Source: a virus
Taxonomy: Duplodnaviria; Caudoviricetes
DNA: 32,394 nucleotides
Reading direction: 5' to 3' (one strand)
IMG/VR virus record: IMGVR_UViG_3300017785_007104
Span: 1 to 32,394 of that record
The notes below the pieces were generated by a model that saw only the letters and a list, made by a program, of their open reading frames with translations, searched no databases and was not told the DNA's origin. The position numbers were made by a program, and so were the translations under genes. The stretch's first letter is position 1. Each line of letters begins with the position of its first letter. This document shows, in pieces, positions 29,064-32,394 of the stretch.

Positions 29064-30650
29064 ATGAATACCTCAACGCAACAATTACGAGATCGTATCA
29101 AAGAAGAATATAAGAAATGCGCACTAGATCCGTCGTATTTCTTGACAAAATATTCATACATTCAACATCCTGTTCGTGGACGAGTGTTGTTTGATTTATA
29201 TCATTATCAAAAAAATGCACTAATTGATTTTAGGAATAACGATTATAATATTGTACTTAAGGGTCGCCAGATTGGAATTTCCACATTGGTCGCCGGATAT
29301 GCACTATGGATGTTGTTGTTTCATAACGATAAAAATATATTAGTTATTGCTACCAAACAAGAAACCGCCAAGAATCTGGTGACCAAGGTTCGATTTATGC
29401 ATCAGAATCTTCCAGTTTGGCTCCGAGGTGAAATTGTAACAGATAACAAATTATCCTTACAATTTACAAATGGATCTCAAATTAAAGCCGTCGCAAGTAG
29501 CAAAGACGCCGGTCGTTCCGAAGCCTTGTCTCTTTTAATTCTCGACGAAGCAGCATTTATCGATGATGCTGATATTATCTGGACGGCCGCATCCAGTACT
29601 TTGTCAACTGGTGGTCAGGCTGTATTACTCTCTACCCCGAACGGTGTTGGTAATTTCTTTCACAAAATGTGGCAGCAAGCAGAAACAAAATCCAACAATT
29701 TTAATCCTATTTTGTTAGATTGGCGAGTGCACCCAGAACGAGATCAAGCATGGCGTGACCGTCAGACAGAATTAATGGGAGAACTGCAAGCGGCGCAAGA
29801 ACATGACGCATCATTTATTTTCTCAGGTAATACAGTAGTTCCTCCTGAAATTATCGAGTTTTATAAAACTACCTTTGTTCAAGAACCGATTACTAAAGGT
29901 GGATTTGATGGAAATACATGGATATGGGAATATCCACGACCTGGAAAATCCTATATAGTGTCCGCTGACGTTGCTAGAGGGGATGGGGAAGATTATTCAG
30001 CATTCCATGTGATTGATGTGGAAACATCCACGCAGGTAGCAGAATACAAGGGAAAGGTAGAAACCAAGCAGTTTGGTAACATGCTGGTGTCAATTGCTAC
30101 GGAATATAATGATGCACTGCTTATTCCAGAAAATAGTTCTATCGGATGGAATGCCATTCAACAAGTGATTGATCGTGGATATAAAAATCTATTTTATATG
30201 TCCAAAGATTTACAATATGTCGATGTAGAACACCAAATGACAGGACGATATCGGGCAGAAGAAAAAAGTATGGTACCTGGATTTACTACTTCACAACGAA
30301 CCCGTCCATTGGTTATTGCTAGATTAAAAGAATATATGTTAGATAATAGTTTTACTGTTCGATCATCTCGTATGTGTGCTGAATTAGAAACTTTTATTTG
30401 GAAGAATGGTAGACCAGAGGCATTGTCGGGATACAATGATGATTTGACGATGGCATTGTGTATTGGTCTGTGGGTGCGGGATACCGCCCTCAGGTTGCGT
30501 CAGGAGGGCATAGAACTGACGAAGATGGCATTGGACAATACTAAGTACAATGTTGTTGGTCATGTATTTACGAACAATAACATGCCACAAAATCCATACG
30601 AAATGGATATTAACGGAAAAAAAGAGAATATTTCGTGGTTATTAGGATAA
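29064..30650 (+). CDS. terL: Terminase large subunit (T4 gp17-like)
   Basis: LYHYQ, Walker A KGRQIGIST, Walker B LLILDEAAF, coupling motif STPNG, RNase H-like nuclease ADVARGDGEDYS and NDDL. Confidence 0.96.
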   Translation: MNTSTQQLRDRIKEEYKKCALDPSYFLTKYSYIQHPVRGRVLFDLYHYQKNALIDFRNNDYNIVLKGRQIGISTLVAGYALWMLLFHNDKNILVIATKQETAKNLVTKVRFMHQNLPVWLRGEIVTDNKLSLQFTNGSQIKAVASSKDAGRSEALSLLILDEAAFIDDADIIWTAASSTLSTGGQAVLLSTPNGVGNFFHKMWQQAETKSNNFNPILLDWRVHPERDQAWRDRQTELMGELQAAQEHDASFIFSGNTVVPPEIIEFYKTTFVQEPITKGGFDGNTWIWEYPRPGKSYIVSADVARGDGEDYSAFHVIDVETSTQVAEYKGKVETKQFGNMLVSIATEYNDALLIPENSSIGWNAIQQVIDRGYKNLFYMSKDLQYVDVEHQMTGRYRAEEKSMVPGFTTSQRTRPLVIARLKEYMLDNSFTVRSSRMCAELETFIWKNGRPEALSGYNDDLTMALCIGLWVRDTALRLRQEGIELTKMALDNTKYNVVGHVFTNNNMPQNPYEMDINGKKENISWLLG

Positions 30651-30655
30651 TACAC

Positions 30656-30663
30656 TATTTATA
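30656..30663 (+). promoter_or_regulatory. TATTTATA motif within an ACACTA/TAGTGT inverted repeat followed by a T-run
   Basis: Located 26 nt before ATG 30690, immediately after the terL stop. Confidence 0.55.
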
Positions 30664-30689
30664 ATGTAGTGTTTTTATTGGAGTTAAAT

Positions 30690-30845
30690 ATGATTAAGCT
30701 GATGGATTTAATTCCTGAGATATGGACCAAAAAATATAAAAAATCAATTAATTGTAGTAATGCCAAAGGATTTAGCCAAAAGGCACATTGTGCGGCTCGT
30801 AAGAAACGGCAACGTGGTGGTAAAACCAAATCTAAACCGGTGTAA
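30690..30845 (+). CDS. Small basic protein (51 aa), absent from the ORF track
   Basis: GGAG SD. MIKLMDLIPEIWTKKYKKSINCSNAKGFSQKAHCAARKKRQRGGKTKSKPV fills the gap between terL and 30851. Confidence 0.8.
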   Translation: MIKLMDLIPEIWTKKYKKSINCSNAKGFSQKAHCAARKKRQRGGKTKSKPV

Positions 30846-30850
30846 TAGAT

Positions 30851-31153
30851 ATGACTAAAGAAGAATTAAAACAAATTATCCGTGAAGAAATTCTCAGCGT
30901 TTTAAAAGAAGAATTTGGAGAAGGATATGGTGTTTCCACGAGTGCAGAAGAGATGGATGAACGAACCGTTGCTCGTCGTGAACCTCCACGTAAAATGACC
31001 AAACCACAGGTTAAAGGTCGTGATGGAATTGGTAAAAAATTATTGAACAGTAAACGAGCTGTTTCGTATTTTAAAAAGAAATTTGGCGCCGATTGGAAGT
31101 CATACTTATATGCTTCTGCTACCAATAAAGCCATAGATAAAAAAGATGATTAA
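30851..31153 (+). CDS. Small protein: acidic leader plus basic module (100 aa)
   Basis: MTKEELKQIIREE leader, then FKKKFGADWKSYLYASATNKA. Confidence 0.8.
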   Translation: MTKEELKQIIREEILSVLKEEFGEGYGVSTSAEEMDERTVARREPPRKMTKPQVKGRDGIGKKLLNSKRAVSYFKKKFGADWKSYLYASATNKAIDKKDD

Positions 31154-31475
31154 TTATAAAGAATTTTTTACCGAATTATACGATAATTGTATTTGTGAAG
31201 AATGTGATTGTCATGATACCTCCGAACAATATCCAACAGGGGGATATGAAGTTACTGATGCCGATGTAGAAGCGGACGAAAAGATGATGCATCGAATTAC
31301 TGAATTAATGGCAGTACTGGAAAAAAGTATTCCAACCAATCCATCTAAATGGTCTGCTGCAAAATCCGCAGCAAGACAAAAGTTCAAAGTTTACCCATCG
31401 GCGTACGCAAATTTGTGGGCCGCAAAAAAATACAAAAGTATGGGTGGTGGGTGGAGGAGTGGTAAAGCAGAATAA
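31146..31475 (+). CDS. Small protein: acidic leader plus basic module (DUF5872-like), 109 aa
   Basis: MINYKEFFTE leader, then KWSAAKSAARQKFKVYPSAYANLWAAKKYKSMGGGW. Confidence 0.8.
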   Translation: MINYKEFFTELYDNCICEECDCHDTSEQYPTGGYEVTDADVEADEKMMHRITELMAVLEKSIPTNPSKWSAAKSAARQKFKVYPSAYANLWAAKKYKSMGGGWRSGKAE

Positions 31476-31613
31476 GCGAAGTATCCATACAAACATCATG
31501 ATTCAATTGGACAAGAAGACACAGATATCAATAATGATGTGATCGATAAAAAGCGTGATTTATATAAAAGATATTTGGTAGCAAACAAGAAAGAACAAAC
31601 ATACATCTATTAA
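31476..31613 (+). pseudogene. Degenerate in-frame 3' extension of the 31146 gene beyond its TAA
   Basis: 45 sense codons with no ATG (AKYPYKHHDSIGQEDTDINNDVIDKK...), similar to DPVGHEDNDIDNDGD in the next gene. Confidence 0.5.
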
Positions 31614-31628
31614 TATTTGGAGTCGTAT

Positions 31629-32288
31629 ATGATTAGATTAGCAGGATTAGTGGTCACCCCCGCAATAGGAAATGCACCGGTTGGTTCGACCAACGAAACA
31701 AGTACAACACCGATGCAAAACACAATTAAAAAACCAGGCGCATTAAAACAACAACAGAGTATCACCACAGAGAAGAAGGGTGGTCAACGTGCCCGTTTGG
31801 CAATGACGCTTCGTAAGTTAAAAGAAGAATTAGGATTAACCGATCAACAATTGAAAGTTATTTCGGCATTAGAAAATAAAATGCTTGATCCTGTTGGTCA
31901 TGAAGATAACGATATTGATAATGATGGTGATGCCGATTCGTCCGACAAATATTTAAAAAATCGTCGTGATACTATTAAAACCGCGATGTCAAAAGAACAT
32001 ATCAGCGAAATGCTGGATGACGACGAATCAGAAGAACCGTCAAATGATGGTGATTATGAAGGTAATATGGCTCGTGCTCAATTAATGAGTATTAAGAAAT
32101 CTGCTGATCGTCTATTTAATATGATTGGTGATAACGAAGGATTGGAAGCGTGGGTACAGTCCAAACTTACCAGAGCAGCCGACGAAATTACTTCCGTTTA
32201 TCAATATCTGGATTACGAAAAGAATAAAAACGCAACGGCGGGAGATGGCATGGGAACACCGTCCGATAAAGAAACGGGGACTATGTAA
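31629..32288 (+). CDS. Modular protein (219 aa) with KKPGAL...RARLA, DxDxDG and EGNMAR...WVQSK modules
   Basis: GGAG SD before ATG 31629, preferred over TTG 31617. Modules read from the translation. Confidence 0.82.
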   Translation: MIRLAGLVVTPAIGNAPVGSTNETSTTPMQNTIKKPGALKQQQSITTEKKGGQRARLAMTLRKLKEELGLTDQQLKVISALENKMLDPVGHEDNDIDNDGDADSSDKYLKNRRDTIKTAMSKEHISEMLDDDESEEPSNDGDYEGNMARAQLMSIKKSADRLFNMIGDNEGLEAWVQSKLTRAADEITSVYQYLDYEKNKNATAGDGMGTPSDKETGTM

Positions 32289-32394
32289 TGGATTCCCGTT
32301 CTAAGTTTATTTCTACTTTGTTTAGTAGTAGAGAACAAGCACACATTTTTCATTTACAAACATCGTCATATGCAATGCACAAAGCATTAAATAA
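32288..32394 (+). CDS. 3'-truncated ferritin/Dps-like (DUF5856-like) protein
   Basis: TAATG-coupled start. MDSRSKFISTLFSSREQAHIFHLQTSSYAMHKALN carries the H..H.QT.SYA.HKAL motif of phage ferritin-like proteins. Confidence 0.7.
   Translation, partial: MDSRSKFISTLFSSREQAHIFHLQTSSYAMHKALN

Noticed and set aside
29064-30650. Intein or intron in terL, primase or SbcDC
   Set aside because: Lengths are ordinary, motifs are contiguous, and no C...HN-C/S/T or LAGLIDADG signatures were seen.
17-31499. Numerous minus-strand and nested ORFs in the track (60-150 aa)
   Set aside because: All lie within longer + strand genes with recognisable motifs. They lack SDs or motifs and look like antisense or frame shadows.
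1-32394. Stop-codon reassignment (alternative genetic code)
   Set aside because: TAA, TAG (7240, 15069) and TGA all end genes, followed closely by new starts, and coding density is already very high in code 11.
1-32394. tRNA, rRNA or large structured ncRNA genes
   Set aside because: Intergenic gaps are mostly under 80 nt and AT-rich, and no cloverleaf or T-loop signature was noticed by eye. A tRNAscan/Infernal run would be decisive.

Overview
AT-rich (roughly one-third GC by eye), densely packed window from a large tailed dsDNA phage with a contractile-tail (myovirus, distantly T4-like) gene set. All credible genes are on the + strand and use genetic code 11. Order: end of a probable baseplate spike gene; gp25-like and gp6/gpJ-like baseplate wedge genes; a run of virion and tail proteins (DNRLRE-like protein, a protein with 15 Cys-pair repeats, a 1662-aa gpI-like/LamG/CBM protein, three tail-collar-like proteins); an inserted replication/recombination cassette (Holliday-junction resolvase-like nuclease, DnaG-type primase behind a sigma70-type promoter, single-chain Mre11-Rad50/SbcDC fusion); another virion protein; a 1041-aa modular protein joining an RNA-ligase-fold nucleotidyltransferase to an HxGH (NMNAT/cytidyltransferase-like) domain; a Zn-ribbon protein; a spanin-like membrane protein; the terminase large subunit; small modular proteins with Glu-terminated leaders resembling the T4 capsid-targeting sequence; and the start of a ferritin/Dps-like gene. 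The most interesting signals are the putative head-packaged, protease-processed cargo system (including the ligase+NTase polyprotein) and a recurring TATTTATA intergenic motif, twice inside a hairpin. All family assignments come from motif recognition by eye; no searches were run.
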